A stretch of DNA of 63,988 nt, counting the filler, from Reclinomonas americana ATCC 50394 (Eukaryota), in NCBI GenBank assembly GCA_048213135.1. It is 10 parts of 4 records of this genome, joined end to end, with 100 filler letters (N's around TTAATTAATTAA, not from the genome) between each part and the next. Parts side by side here need not be neighbours in the genome. Positions count along the whole stretch, not along the records: positions 1 to 7,841 come from PS015477.1; positions 7,942 to 25,388 come from PS015477.1; positions 25,489 to 29,662 come from PS015478.1; positions 29,763 to 32,316 come from PS015478.1; positions 32,417 to 41,682 come from PS015478.1; 5 more parts are not named here. One strand, given 5' to 3'. Below the pieces are notes generated by a model that was not told the DNA's origin, ran no database searches, and saw only the letters and a list, made by a program, of their open reading frames with translations. A program made the translations under genes and the position numbers. Each line of letters begins with the position of its first letter. Position 1 is the stretch's first letter. Shown here piece after piece: positions 1-39,108 of this stretch.

Positions 1-84
1 CCTCCTCCTCTTCCGTCCCCTCCTCCTCCTCCTCCTCCCCTCCCCCCCCCTTCCCCTCGTCTCACCCCATTCCCTTTCCTGCAG

Positions 85-2223
85 GAACTCGTTTGGTACG
101 TCGGCGACAAGGAACACCGCTCGCGCATGGCCGTCAACCTCTGCGGCTTTGTGGCCACCTCCGGCGCGCCTCTCTTTGTGGCCAACGCCAGTGCCGATCG
201 AAGATACAGCCCCGCTGTGGACCTGCTGCACGGCATTCAGACGCCGGGCGATCTCTACTTGGCGCCGCTGAAGAGCACCGTCGACGATCGTGTTCTTGGA
301 GTGGTTTGTTTGTTTTCTTTCTTACTCCCCTCTGTCTCTCGCGTCGCTCTCCCTCATCCTCCGCGCGATACGATAGCTGGCGCTGGCCAACGTCACGCGC
401 GGTGATGAACTGAGCAGCAATGAGCGCAAGATCATGGACGCACTGTCGGCGTCTGTGGCGACCGCCGTCGACACGCTCCTGCAGCGGCAATCGCTGTCGC
501 AGCAAGTCGAGCAGTCGAAGCAGGCAGAGGAAAGAATTCAGCTGCTGTTGAGCTTTGCCAAGGCCGTGACGGTGTGTGTGTGTCTCGCATTACTTAGTGG
601 ACGAGCTTCTCCTCTTTTTTTTCTCACTATTTGTTGCAGACCGAACTGGATTCGGTGTCCGTCATTGAGAGAATTCTCGACGACGCCAAGCACCTCATGG
701 AGTGCGACCGCACATCGCTCTTCCTTGTCGACCACGAGCAGAAGCAGCTGCACTCGTATGTGGCCGACGGCTTCTCCAAGCTGTCGATTCCGCTCACCGA
801 GGGCATTGCCGGCATTGTGGCGACGACGGGTAAGACACTGTCCTTTTCATGAGAGTCTGAGTGGCGCTGTCAGCTCATCCTCTCTCTCTTTCTCTTACAG
901 GCACTATTCTCAACATCAAGAACGCCTACGACGACCGTCGCTTCAACCCCGGCGTGGACGAGATGAGTGGGTACCGTACCCGCAACATTTTGTGCGCGCC
1001 GATTCGCAGCCAAGGCGAGACCATTGGTGTTTGTCAGATGATTAACAAGGTGATTTGCGTTGAGCGTGTGTTGTGCTTTGTGTCCCGCCCCCCTCCCCTT
1101 CTTCCTGTTTTTCTCCTTTGTTCTTTTTCTACGTATTCCTGTTGCTGTTCTTGCTCATGTCATCCTTGTCCTCCTCTTCCCATTTTTCTCTTCTTCAACC
1201 TTCTTTGCTATGTATCTGTGTTGTGCAATCCCTTCCTCCTGCGCTTCTCTCTCCCTCCCTCTCTCTCCCTCTCTCTTCCTGGTCTTGCTGTTGTCCTCCC
1301 ATTTCTCGTCCGCGTCCTTTTTCCCTCGCCCTCCTCCTCTTTGGCCTTCCATTCTATCCTTACCACCTTTTCTCTTCTTTTTCTTCTTTGTTTGTGTGTC
1401 TGTGCTGTGCAATCCCTCGCTCCTGCCTTTCTCTCTCCCCTCCCTCTGTTCTCTTGTCTTGCTTCTTCTCTCTCTCCTTCTTCTCCCTGTTGTTGTTGTC
1501 CACCTCTTCCTCCTTGCCGCTCTCCGTCTCCTTGTTCCTTCTCTACTTTCTTTGCTAAGTTTTGGTGTTGTCCGATCCCTTCCTCCTGCCCTTCTCTCTC
1601 CCCTCCCTCTGTTCTCTTGTCTTGCTTCTTCTCTCCCTGTTGTTGTTGTCCACCTCTTCCTCCTTACCGTTCTCTCCCTCTCCTTCCCGTTATCACCTTT
1701 GTTTTGTATCTGCGTCTTGCAGTCCCTCCCTCCTTCCCTTCTCTCTCTCTCTCTCTCTCTCTTCTTCTCTCTCTCTCTGTCTCNNNNNNNNNNNNNNNNN
1801 NNNNNNNNNNNNNNNNNNNNNNNNNNNNNNNNNNNNNNNNNNNNNNNNNNNNNNNNNNNNNNNNNNNNNNNNNNNNNNNNNNNNNNNNNNNNNNNNNNNN
1901 NNNNNNNNNNNNNNNNNNNNNNNNNNNNNNNNNNNNNNNNNNNNNNNNNNNNNNNNNNNNNNNNNNNNNNNNNNNNNNNNNNNNNNNNNNNNNNNNNNNN
2001 NNNNNNNNNNNNNNNNNNNNNNNNNNNNNNNNNNNNNNNNNNNNNNNNNNNNNNNNNNNNNNNNNNNNNNNNNNNNNNNNNNNNNNNNNNNNNNNNNNNN
2101 NNNNNNNNNNNNNNNNNNNNNNNNNNNNNNNNNNNNNNNNNNNNNNNNNNNNNNNNNNNNNNNNNNNNNNNNNNNNNNNNNNNNNNNNNNNNNNNNNNNN
2201 NNNNNNNNNNNNNNNNNNNNNNN

Positions 2224-2302
<79 letters not shown>

Positions 2303-2322
2303 GTCTCTCTCTCTCTCTCCTC

Positions 2323-2384
<62 letters not shown>

Positions 2385-4577
2385 TCTCTGTTCTTGTTGT
2401 TTTCCTCCTGTTCGTCGTCCTCGTCCTTGGGCTCCCATTCTATCCTTACCCCTCTTTTCTCTGTCTTTTTCTTCTTTGTTTGTGTCTGTGCTGTGCAATC
2501 CCTCGCTCCTGCCCTTCTCCACCCCTTCCTTCCCTTCTGTCTATGCTTTGTGCACTCGTGACTTACTTATCCCCCCCCGTGCAGAACGATGGCGACGACT
2601 TTACTGCCGAGGACGAGTACTTCTGTTCATTGATTTCGGTTTTCTGTGGAATTTCCTTGCGCAACGCCGGCAGCTTTGAGACGGCGCGCCGCGAGTCCGA
2701 CAAGAGCCGCCTCGTGCTGGAGCTGTCACGGAGCCTGTGTTCGTCATTTGACGTGGATGCCATGTTGGAGGTACGGTCACGCATTGCAGGCTGCAACGAT
2801 GATAATGTGGCTGAGAGTCGCTGTTTCCCCCCCACAGGACATTGCGGAACGTACTCGACGCCTCGCCGACGCGGAACGGTGCACGGTCTTTGTCCTGGAC
2901 AGCGATACGAACACGCTCGTTAGCCGTGTTGCGCATGGTGAATCCGTATGCTTGCGAGAGAGTGGCGTAATGACGCTGACCATTCTCGCGTCGCACAGGA
3001 ACCAAGCCGATTCGCGTCCGTGTTGGCGAGGGCATTGCCGGCTACGTGGCCGAGCGACGAGAAATGCTGCACGTGCCGAACGCATACAAGGACGCCCGTT
3101 TTAACTCGGCGGTGGATCTTGAGCGTGGCTTCACAACGCGAAACGTTCTCTGCATGCCGATTCTGGTGCGTTGTGACGTGTACGCGCGCATGGGGAACCA
3201 CGATCAATTCCACTCACTTTAGTTGTCACGTGCCTGCAGATTGGCGACCAGCTCGTCGGTGTCACACAGATTCTCAACAAGCGCGAAGGACCATTTGTGC
3301 GGCACGACGAGGAACTGCTGCAAGCGTTTTCATCGTTCTGCGGCCTCACGCTGCACAATGCTCAATTGTACGGAAGGGCCATGGATGCCAAGGGTGAGTG
3401 TGGTCCACGTATTTGTGTTGTTGGCATTCAAGAAAACTGACATGTGGTTTGATTCTCTGCCCGCCTCAGGCAAGACGCAGGCGCTGCTGACTGTCGCCAT
3501 GACCTTGTCGGAGGGTGGCACAGAGGCCGCCATGGTGTACGACATTATGGAGCAGGCGCGCACGCTGATGGACGCCGATCGCTTCTCATTATTCGTGCTC
3601 GACGAGGACAAGCGGGAATTGCGCAGCAAGGTGTGTGGCGGTCTATTGACGAGCTGGGTGAGGTCTGCATGAACTGACGACAAACTGTTGTGTTGACTGC
3701 AGGCGGCGTACGGAGCTGGCGAGATTCGCTTCCCCGTGCACGAAGGCATCGCAGGGCACACTGTGCGCACTGGCGAAGAGGTGTGTGTTTCTCTCTCGCT
3801 CGCGCTGCGTCTCCCGTCTGGGTTTGAGTTGTTCCTATGCGCGGACATCTCTCTTCTTCCTCTCTTTCTCACCTTTTCAGTTCGCCAACCCCCTTCTTTC
3901 TTCACACTGCCTCCTCTTCTCTTGCCGCTCAGGACATTCTCTCCCTCTCTCTCCCTCTCTCCCTCTCTCGCCTTTCCTGTGTCAACCCCATCCTTTCCTT
4001 GACACTGCCTCCTAATTCTCTCTCCGTTCAGTTCGCAGTAAGTAATTGTGTTGCTCGAGAGTGTTCTCTCTCTCTCNNNNNNNNNNNNNNNNNNNNNNNN
4101 NNNNNNNNNNNNNNNNNNNNNNNNNNNNNNNNNNNNNNNNNNNNNNNNNNNNNNNNNNNNNNNNNNNNNNNNNNNNNNNNNNNNNNNNNNNNNNNNNNNN
4201 NNNNNNNNNNNNNNNNNNNNNNNNNNNNNNNNNNNNNNNNNNNNNNNNNNNNNNNNNNNNNNNNNNNNNNNNNNNNNNNNNNNNNNNNNNNNNNNNNNNN
4301 NNNNNNNNNNNNNNNNNNNNNNNNNNNNNNNNNNNNNNNNNNNNNNNNNNNNNNNNNNNNNNNNNNNNNNNNNNNNNNNNNNNNNNNNNNNNNNNNNNNN
4401 NNNNNNNNNNNNNNNNNNNNNNNNNNNNNNNNNNNNNNNNNNNNNNNNNNNNNNNNNNNNCTCCTCTCTCCTCCTCCTCCTCTCTCTCTCTCTCTACTAC
4501 TCTACTCTCTACTCTCTCTCTCTCTCTCTCTCGTCGTACGTACGTACGTAGTTAGTTAGTTGTTCGTCGTCGTCGTC

Positions 4578-4641
<64 letters not shown>

Positions 4642-6055
4642 TTCAGTATCAATCTCCCCTGTTACACGGATCGCAATCAATCTCCGTGTTACTCGATTGT
4701 TTTTCTACTTCCCACCTTCTCTCTCTCTCTCTCACGCCTGCTTGCGTTCTTTCCTGTTTGCTCAGTGTCGACCTCCGTTCTGTACCTCTCTTCTCTGTTC
4801 TGTTAATTTTCTCGTCTCTTTGTTTTTGTTTATTTGCCAATTCCTCTCCAGCCTCTTTCCTTCCTTCCATCCGCACCACCATCACTCCACACTCCCCATC
4901 CGCCCTTTTCTATGTACTCCCTCTCTTCCTTACCATTCCTCCCGTCCCTTTCTCTTCCCTCATTCCCTTCCACTTTCTCATCTCCCTTCCCCTCCCCTTA
5001 CATCCCCTTCCTCGCAGGTGTGCACCGACGACCCCTACTCGCACCCCAACTTCAATCCCGCCATCGACAAGGCTCTCAACTACCGCACCCGATCGCTGCT
5101 CTCGGTGCCCGTGCGCGACAACACACAAAAGATCATTGGCGTCGCGCAGGTCTTGAACAAGCGCAGTGAGCGAGGTGAGTTTGTGGCGCACCTTTCTCAT
5201 CTTTTCTCCACGCACTGACCTTTTACTCTTCCTATCGCTAGGATTCTCTCACGACGATGTGGAGTTGCTCAAGGCGTTTGCCGCATTCTGCGGTCGCGCT
5301 GTGGCCGTGCAACCAATGTTGGCATTCACGCACACGGTGGAGGCGTTTGAGCAGATTTGTCCGCTGGACGACGAGGATCGACAGGGCGTGTTGTCGTGGG
5401 ACTTTTGGGTGTGGAATTACACCAACTTTAAGGTGATTGACATCACTCTCTCTCTCTCTCTCACTCACTCGGATGCTCACCTGCATGCGCACAGCTTATC
5501 CGTCTCGGCGTGTTCATGTTCGAGGAGCTGGGCCTGGTCGACCGCTTCAAGATCCCCAAGCAGACGCTCATTCATTTCCTGTTCACCATTCAAAAGTACT
5601 ACCAGCGCCACGTGCCGTATCACAACTTCCACCACGCATTTGACGTGACGCAGGCCATGTTTACTATGATTCGCCGCGGTCAGCTGGCGACTCATCTCAC
5701 GCAACTGGATCTGCTGGTGCTCATGATTGGCGGCCTGTGCCACGATCTCAATCACCAAGGGTGTGTGTCTGTGATCGATTTGATATCTGTTACTTGTGTG
5801 TGCGTTTCTTCGTGTTTTTTCTTCCCTCTTCTTTTCTATCTCTCTCTCACCCCTCTTTCTCGCTCTGTGTGTCATTGTATCTGTCTCTGTCCCTTGCGCT
5901 GCCTCATCTCGCGCGCTCTCTCTCCCTCTTTCTCTTTCTTTCTTTTGTCTTTCTTTGTCTTTCTTTCTTCTTTTCATTCATTCTTTCATTCTTTCTTTCA
6001 TTCTTTCATTTTTTCTTTCTTTATCTCTGTCTCTCTCTCTCCCCTCCCTCCCTTG

Positions 6056-6086
<31 letters not shown>

Positions 6087-7389
6087 ACTCTGTGGAAACA
6101 GCTGCGCGCACTCCTTATTGCATTCTGCGGGTGTGTTATTGCGCTCGCTCCACTTTGCTTCCTCTCATGCTCTGAAAGTATCGCGGGCCTCCTCTGCCTA
6201 CTTTTCCTCCGTCTCCTCCTCCTCCGTCCCCACCTCCGTCTCCTCTCCTCTCCTCCGTTCCTCCCTCCCCTCCCTCTCCTCNNNNNNNNNNNNNNNNNNN
6301 NNNNNNNNNNNNNNNNNNNNNNNNNNNNNNNNNNNNNNNNNNNNNNNNNNNNNNNNNNNNNNNNNNNNNNNNNNNNNNNNNNNNNNNNNNNNNNNNNNNN
6401 NNNNNNNNNNNNNNNNNNNNNNNNNNNNNNNNNNNNNNNNNNNNNNNNNNNNNNNNNNNNNNNNNNNNNNNNNNNNNNNNNNNNNNNNNNNNNNNNNNNN
6501 NNNNNNNNNNNNNNNNNNNNNNNNNNNNNNNNNNNNNNNNNNNNNNNNNNNNNNNNNNNNNNNNNNNNNNNNNNNNNNNNNNNNNNNNNNNNNNNNNNNN
6601 NNNNNNNNNNNNNNNNNNNNNNNNNNNNNNNNNNNNNNNNNNNNNNNNNNNNNNNNNNNNNNNNNNNNNNNNNNNNNNNNNNNNNNNNNNNNNNNNNNNN
6701 NNNNNNNNNNNNNCCTCCCTCTCCTCGCTCTCCTCCCTCTCCCTTCTCCTCCCTCTCCTCGCTCTCCTCCCTCTCCTCTCTCTCCTCCCTCCTCTCTCTC
6801 CTCCCTCTCCTCCCTATCCTCCTTCTCACTTTGCTTCTTTTCAGGTACAACAACGCCTTCATGGCCGCTCAAGAGACACCCTTCTCCATGCTGACCTCGG
6901 AGAGCATCATGGAGTCGCACCATGCGGCGCTGGCTGTGGCGATTTTGTCCAGCCGCGACTGCGACCTGCTGGTGGGCCTGTCGCCCGTCGAGTACACCGA
7001 ATTCTGGCGCAGCATCATTCACCTGGTGCTGGCCACGGATATGGCCAAGCACGGAGCGTGGTTGGACAACTTTGACTCGCTGGCCTCGAATCCCGCCGGC
7101 TACGACAGACACGATGTCGAGAAGCGTTGCGTCACCTGGTTGAGTTGAGTCACAGCGAGTTGCCCTGTTGCTCAAGTGTGTTCTGCGCGTGTACACAGGT
7201 CGACTCCTCATGGGTATGGCCATGAAGATTGCCGACATTAGCAACATTGCACGCCCGGCACTGCTGGCGCGACGATGGGCCGAAATTCTGCTGGTTGAGT
7301 TCTTCCACCAAGGCGATCAGGAACGGAAGCGAGGCATGCCGGTCACCCCGTGGTTGGACCGTGCAAAGACATCACTGCCCGGCTCGCAG
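85..7389 (+). CDS. Class I 3',5'-cyclic nucleotide phosphodiesterase with >=4 tandem GAF domains (multi-exon; 5' end outside window, 3' end lost in gap)
   Basis: Spliced exons give repeated GAF motifs ([43 protein letters not shown]...IGVCQMINK; also [41 protein letters not shown]). The PDEase I catalytic motifs follow: [10 protein letters not shown] (5618), [42 protein letters not shown] introns fit in phase. Confidence 0.93.
1051..2584. repeat. CT-rich PDE intron with internal block duplication and (CT)n microsatellite
   Basis: A ~90-nt block 'ccattctatccttacc...tgtgctgtgcaatccctcgctcctgcc' occurs at ~1349-1430 and again at ~2435-2520; (CT)n runs flank an N gap. Confidence 0.8.
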
Positions 7390-7722
7390 GTTTGTTGTTG
7401 CCTCATACCTCTCCCTCCATTATTCCTCTCTTCCTCTTCTCTCTCTCTCTTTCTGTTCTCTCTGCCGTCTTACCTTCTTTCCTCACCCTCCTTCACACAT
7501 ATGCCGTCGCTCACTCTGTTTTTGTAGTTTCCTGGTTCAATTGCTCATCCTCCTGTCTCGTGTTCGTCATTCCCTCCTTTGCTATCTCGTCCTCCGTCCC
7601 TCTTCTGCTCTCCCTTTGTCTCATCCTTCTCACCGGCCTTGCCTGTCTGTCTGTTGGTTTGTTTGTTTGTCTGTCTTTCTCTTGTCTGTCTCTGTTCTTG
7701 TCTCTTTCTCTCCCTCCCTGGC

Positions 7723-7774
<52 letters not shown>

Positions 7775-7885
7775 CGTACTACGTACGTACGTACGTACGT
7801 ACGTACGTACGTACGTACGTCGACGCGTCGTACGACGCGAGNNNNNNNNNNNNNNNNNNNNNNNNNNNNNNNNNNNNNNNNNNNN

Positions 7886-7897
7886 TTAATTAATTAA
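7886..7897. other. Artificial gap linker N44-TTAATTAATTAA-N44 (also at 25433, 29707, 32361, 41727, 43986, 56861, 58710, 62212)
   Basis: Identical 12-mer with stops in all six frames, centred in 100-nt N blocks. Confidence 0.97.
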
Positions 7898-7941
7898 NNN
7901 NNNNNNNNNNNNNNNNNNNNNNNNNNNNNNNNNNNNNNNNN

Positions 7942-33381
<25,440 letters not shown>

Positions 33382-34659
33382 GGTGCTTGTCGAGGTCGAA
33401 GTGGCGCACTGGGGGAGGGAGAAAGGAGTGAGGCAAAGGAAAGGCAAAGGAAAAGGGACGAAGAGAAATGAATGGTGTGCCAGAGAGGGAGGGAGAGTGA
33501 GAGAGAGAGAGAGAAGGAAGAGAGATACTCAGAGTGTGAGTGTGTGTGCGTGTGTGTGCGTGTGTGTGTGTGTGTGTGTGCGTGACCGACAGGGAAGAGA
33601 GATAACAAAAAGAGTGAGCGTGCGAATGAGTGAGAGTGAGTGAGGGAGTGAGTGAGAGAGAGAAAGAGTGAGCGAGTGTGCGCGAGTAAGTGAAACAGAA
33701 GGAAGACAGTGAGTGTGCGAATGAGTGAGAGTGAGTGAGTGAGTGAGAGAGAGAGTGCGTGTGAGTGCGCGCGTAAGTGAAGACAGTGAGTGTGCGAATG
33801 AGTGAGAGTGTGCGTGTGAGGGTGAGAGAGTGTGTGTGTGTGTGAGAGAGAGAGAGAGTGACGTGTGCCAGAGTGTTTAGTGAGTGAGAGAGTGTGCATG
33901 TGAGAAAGATGTGTCTAAGAATGAGAGTTGACTGCGAGAGAGTGTAGGTGACTATACGCTTGCATATGTGCGTCTGTGAGTGAGAGAGAGAGAGAGTATG
34001 TGTGCGTGTGACTCAGTGACTTTTGAGTGAGAGAGAAACACCAAGAAAAATGGTGTCCGCATGAGAACCGGAATGAGCGTGTGCCTCACAGAGAGCGAGA
34101 AAGTGAATGTGTATGTGTGAGAGAGGCAAGACTGTCTTTGTCTGTCTCTTTGTGAGAGTGTGAGTGTGAGTGACATGGCAGTGCACGGAACTAGACAATA
34201 TAAGTGCATCTCTTTTGCTGCATCTCTCTCTGTGCGTGTGTGTGTTGTGCCACGCACGAGTGTGTGCGAGAGAGAGAGTCTTTCTTTCTTTCTCAGTGAG
34301 TGTTGTCGTCACTGCGCGCACCTTCTCAATCGGGTTTTTTGAATCAATGTGACGGCGAATTTTCATGATTGCTTGCGGCTCGTTTTGGAGTCGGACATGA
34401 AGTCGAAAACCCATGACAACTCATTCACGATAAGCGCAGCAAGAAGGGAGCAGAGGATGGCAAGGTAGAGTGCTGGGTTTATTTTCAGGTGCCGAGTGCA
34501 CTTTGCTGTCGAAATTTTCTGTATTGGACGGGAATATTCGAAGCTGCGCACGTGTGGCTCCCTCTTGTTGCGTGCAAGTCGCCAATGTGCCGCGGATCGT
34601 TGGTTTTTTGGGCGCTGACACTGCATTCTTGAGTTCCGAGAGCGAACACTCACACATTC

Positions 34660-34770
34660 AAGAAACCTGCGCTGGTTTTGACTTGATGTTTTTTAATTTT
34701 GGACACGGTTTGACTTGGTCATCAAGGCAGCTGTTGCTTGTCTGTTGGTGAATGAACTGTTGCTGTTGTA
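34660..34770 (+). repeat. Diverged fragment of the dispersed MITE-like repeat family
   Basis: 'ttttggacacggtttgacttggtcatcaaggcagctgttgcttgtctgttggtgaatg' matches 61892-61948 and the reverse complement of 47801-47860. Confidence 0.75.
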
Positions 34771-35541
34771 GCACGCGGCCGTTCATCACAGCCGATTGCT
34801 GCTCCCTACTCGTCAGCGTGAGCGCTGACACTGCATTCCAAACAACACATTGGACAAGGCCGATCGCGCGCATAAACAAGCATCGTTTGCTGCTGTTCCC
34901 TCCCCTTACGTACAACTTGTCAGTACTGTTGCGCATCATTGGCATCTGCGCGCATACCCGGCTATCCAACCAACGACCGGTTCCGCGACAAACGATTGCC
35001 GCAGATGACATCGCCCGGCGCTATTCCAACAGAGAGGGGGATACAGAAACACTGATCAACGCCAGTGCCTGCAGACTCACGGACCCGCCCATTCTTCCTC
35101 GTTGTGTAGTGTCCCGCGTGTGTCACAGAGAGACAGCGACAGGCCCTTCGCCAAACTACAAGGCCATTCGCACGATATCCACGCGCCACTCCTCGCAGAG
35201 GCGCATCCATGCACTCGATGCCAAGGGCGACCGATCGTCCACTGACCGCGTCCAGCATTCGCCGCGTCAAGACAAGAGTGAACCCGCAGAACAGCCAAAA
35301 GACGCCGCTGTGTACATGCATTCCATTTTTTCACGTTATTCTCTCTCCATCTCTTTCTCTCCGACTCACGTCGATTGCTGCAGGCATATGGTGTTGAGCT
35401 TGAGTCGAATTGGCGGGAGGCGACTGAGGTGGCCGGAGATGGTCCCGCTGTGTGTGTGTGACTCGCGGTTAGTCGACGAATCACATCCTCACTTCTCCTC
35501 GGTTTTCGCTCCACAATTGCCTGCCGGTTGGGACTGTGTTG

Positions 35542-35760
35542 CACTATTCTATCCTGAATGTATGAACCACTTTCCCGTACCAATGCTGCTCCCTGTGCAC
35601 CACATACTCTCTGTTTCGCGTGCACTGCCTTTCTATTCTCCCCTCTCCTCTTTGTTATCTCCTCTCTCATCGCTATTCTATCCTGCTTGCATGAACCGCT
35701 TTCCCGCCCCAATGCTGCTCCCTGTGCGCCACATACTCTCTGTTTCGCGTGCACTGCCTT
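35542..35760. repeat. Intergenic tandem duplication (~90-nt unit, 2 copies)
   Basis: 'ctattctatcctg...atgaacc.ctttcccg..ccaatgctgctccctgtgc.ccacatactctctgtttcgcgtgcactgccttt' at ~35544 and ~35673. Confidence 0.85.
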
Positions 35761-36050
35761 TGTCGCATGATAGCCTCAACCCCGTCCTCTCTCTCCGAAA
35801 GTGAAGGCATTATCACAGAAGGAGCAAGAAGGGTGGCAGAGTACAAGCAGGTCAAGCACTCCATCTCACTTTTCTCCTTTTCTTTCACCCCAATCGCCTG
35901 CTGGTCGGGGCTGTGTTGCGCTATTCTTTGCGTACCACTCTATCTTCGCTGCGAGTGTGTGTGTGTTTGCATGTGTGTGCGTGTGCGCGCGTGTGAGTCG
36001 CGTGCACTGCCTGTATCACACGACAACCTCTCCTACCTCTCCAATTCTCT

Positions 36051-36121
<71 letters not shown>

Positions 36122-36449
36122 ACTTGACTCTCTGTATGTCCGCGCCTCGCTCATTGTCTGTACGCCTGTGCACACCCACTCTCGCTCTCTCACTCACACC
36201 CACAGACAGTCCTGTGACACCTGCACAGGTCATTACAGAAAGAAACAGTCACTCCGTCCTCTCTTTCTCTCCTCGTCCTTTGCCTGTGCTCTGTTGCGCT
36301 GAATTTTGAGGACTGGAATTTTTGTCCTGTTTGTCTGAAAACCGCTTCCGCTTCTCGCTTCCCTTCCCCAGTTCTTTTCTCCCTTCCCCCCTCCTCCCCT
36401 CCTCCCCTCCCCCCTCCCCCTATCCCCCTTCCCTCTCTTCCCCCCTTCC

Positions 36450-39045
36450 TCACCTCAATCGCGTGCACAATCTCTGCACGGTGGCCACATTGTTGCGGAA
36501 CTGCTGCATCCTCAAGAAATTGGCGTTGAGGTGCGCCGGGTCGCTCTCCGCATACATGTCGACGATCAGGTGCACATTCTCGTCGAGAATGCGCCGAATT
36601 CCATCGTTAAGCGCCTCCCGGTCAGTGTGCGACAGCGCCGCCGCCGCCGCCGCCGCGGCATTGTCTATGGTGGCCGCGGCTAGCGGCGACACAATGGCGG
36701 CCGCACTCGGCTGTGGCGTGGCCGACCGGGCATTGGCAGGCGCAGGCTTGCGTGCGGCATTTGCGCCGCCACCACCACCACCACCACTGCTATTCGGCAC
36801 AATTGTGCGCGGTATCGGCGGCGGTGGTAACGCGAGCGACGGCACCTGCGCACTCGCATCCATTGGCTGCGACGCACCGCTTTCCGCCGCCGCCGCTCCG
36901 GCCATGGTGGCTGGCGACAGCTGATCCAGGTCACTCGGCGCGCGCTTTCGACCTCGTGACTGTGTGATGGTGAGTGCGTGTGTGTGAGGGAGAAAGCTAG
37001 GACTCAAAGCTCACCTTGGGGGGTGAGGTTGGTCCTGCCGCCGAGGTGCCGCTGAGAGAAAGAAAATACGATGAGCGATATCCCCCACTGACACAAAACG
37101 CGCTTGCGCAAACGCACCGTCCACGTCCTCTCGCAGCTCCCTTGCCGACCGCCGCCGCTGCGGCCTCGGATTTCACTGCTGCTGCACGCACATATGAGTG
37201 CACAATCACGACCAGCCCCCACCACGCACTACATCACCATCTTCGTGACCGGCTGCCGGTGACGGCACCACGGCCGCAGGTGGTGCAGCGGCCGTGGCGG
37301 TCGTGGTGGTGGTGGTGGAAGTGGTAGAGGTGGAGTTGGCGGCCGGCGGAGCCATGTGCAGCATTGCTTGCGGAGGCTGAGGTGGTGGCGGCGCAAACAC
37401 AGGCGGCATCATGAACGACGGCGTATTCGGACGCACGACCTCCATTGCAGTCGCACTGTCCGCCATGGATGCTCCCATTCCGCCGCCGGCGACAAACGGC
37501 ACATTGCCGGAGTTGGCGGCTGCTTGCGCCATCATCACGTCCTGCAAGGTCGGCGCCTCCTTGTATTGATCCTGCATGCGCTCGAGCAGGCCCGAGCTGT
37601 GCACGCGGCGTCAGGAGAAGTGGGGCGGGGCACACACACGACATACAACAGATGCACATACCTCAGCATGGCCATGGGGAAGCCGTCGAGCAGGCGTGGA
37701 TTCTCGTTGAAGAGCTGTATCAAGCTGCTGAGCGGCATGGCAGAGAGGCTGCGGTGATGCGGGGGAAAGTGAGAAGGGAGTGAAGGAATCAGTAGTGAGT
37801 GGGACGAAGAAGAAAGAGAATACAAAAATAAGGAAGGGGAGGAGAGAGAACCACGCCTTCATGATGTGCTCAGCGTGACGGGAGGAGAGTGCAAATGCAG
37901 TGGCGTTGTGATCAGAGTTACAGCAGGAGACGAAAACATTGCAGTCGAGATGTTCCCAGCGCAGCTGGAGGAGAAGCACGCAACTCAATGTCCGACCGTC
38001 CGAGGGCCGCCAGGCGCTGCGCGAGGTGCAGCCTTATTTGATGCTCGACCAGCATTCTCTCGTCGGGCATCTGCCGCGGCATGGCGTACGGCGTTGCGAC
38101 GGGCATCATCGGCGCAAAGGGCATTGCGGGTGCCACCATTGCAGCTGCGGGAATGAGGAAGTGAGGGAGGGGGAGGAAAAGGGATGGGAGAGGGAGAAGG
38201 GAGGGAAAGGAGAATCAGCGAGACGAGCATGCGTAAAGAATGCAGCAGAGAGAAAGGGAAAGGAGAAGAGAGGGAAAATACGGAGGAATGGAGGGAGGCA
38301 GGGGATGGGAAGAGGGAGAGATGGGGGGAGAGAGAGAGGCGGACAAGAACGTCAAAAAAGAGGGAGTGCACAAGCGATGACAGAAGGAACAGGAGAGGGA
38401 AATACGACGGGAGGGAGGGAAGGAAGAGAGAGAGACGGGGACAGATTTGCGGACAAGAGTATCAGAAAAGAGAGAGAGAGTGCACACGATCTGACAGAAG
38501 GAATAGGAGAGGGAAATACGAACGGAGGGAGGGAGGCAGGGGATGGGAAGAGGGAGAGATGGGGACAGATTTGCGGACAAGAGCATGAGAAAAAGAGAGA
38601 GAGAGAGTGCACAAGCGCTGACAGAAGGGATATCCGAAAGGAAGGAGGGAGGCAGGGGATGGGAAGAGGGAGAGATGGGGAGAGAGAGGCGCACAAGCGC
38701 GTCAAATAAAGACAGAGTGCACACGCGCTGACAGAAGGAAAATACGAAAGGAGGGAGAGAGGCACGGATGGGAAGAGAGAGAGATGGAGACAGATTTGCG
38801 GACAAGAGCGTCAAAAAGAGAGAGAGTGCACACGTGCTGACAGAAGGAAAATACGGAGGGAGGAGATGAGAAGAGGGAGAGATGGGGAGAGAGGGAAAGA
38901 GAGAGAGAGAGTGCACACGTGCTGACAGAAGGAAAATACGGAGGGAGGAGATGAGAAGAGGGAGAGATGGGGAGAGAGGGAAAGAGAGAGAGAGTGCACA
39001 CGTGCTGACAGAAGGAATAGGGGGACGCAGGGAAGAATGACTGGA

Positions 39046-39108
<63 letters not shown>

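Noticed and set aside
861..2923. Long Leu/Ser- or Arg/Glu-rich ORFs (also 45316-47550, 58769-60994, 19755-21539)
   Set aside because: Read-through of CT/GA microsatellite introns and N runs; only the embedded exons are coding.
7886..7897. Recurrent TTAATTAATTAA palindrome
   Set aside because: Synthetic linker embedded in N runs.
34752..35804. 350-aa ORF in the intergenic region
   Set aside because: No recognisable motif, atypical composition, overlaps repeat fragments and a tandem duplication.
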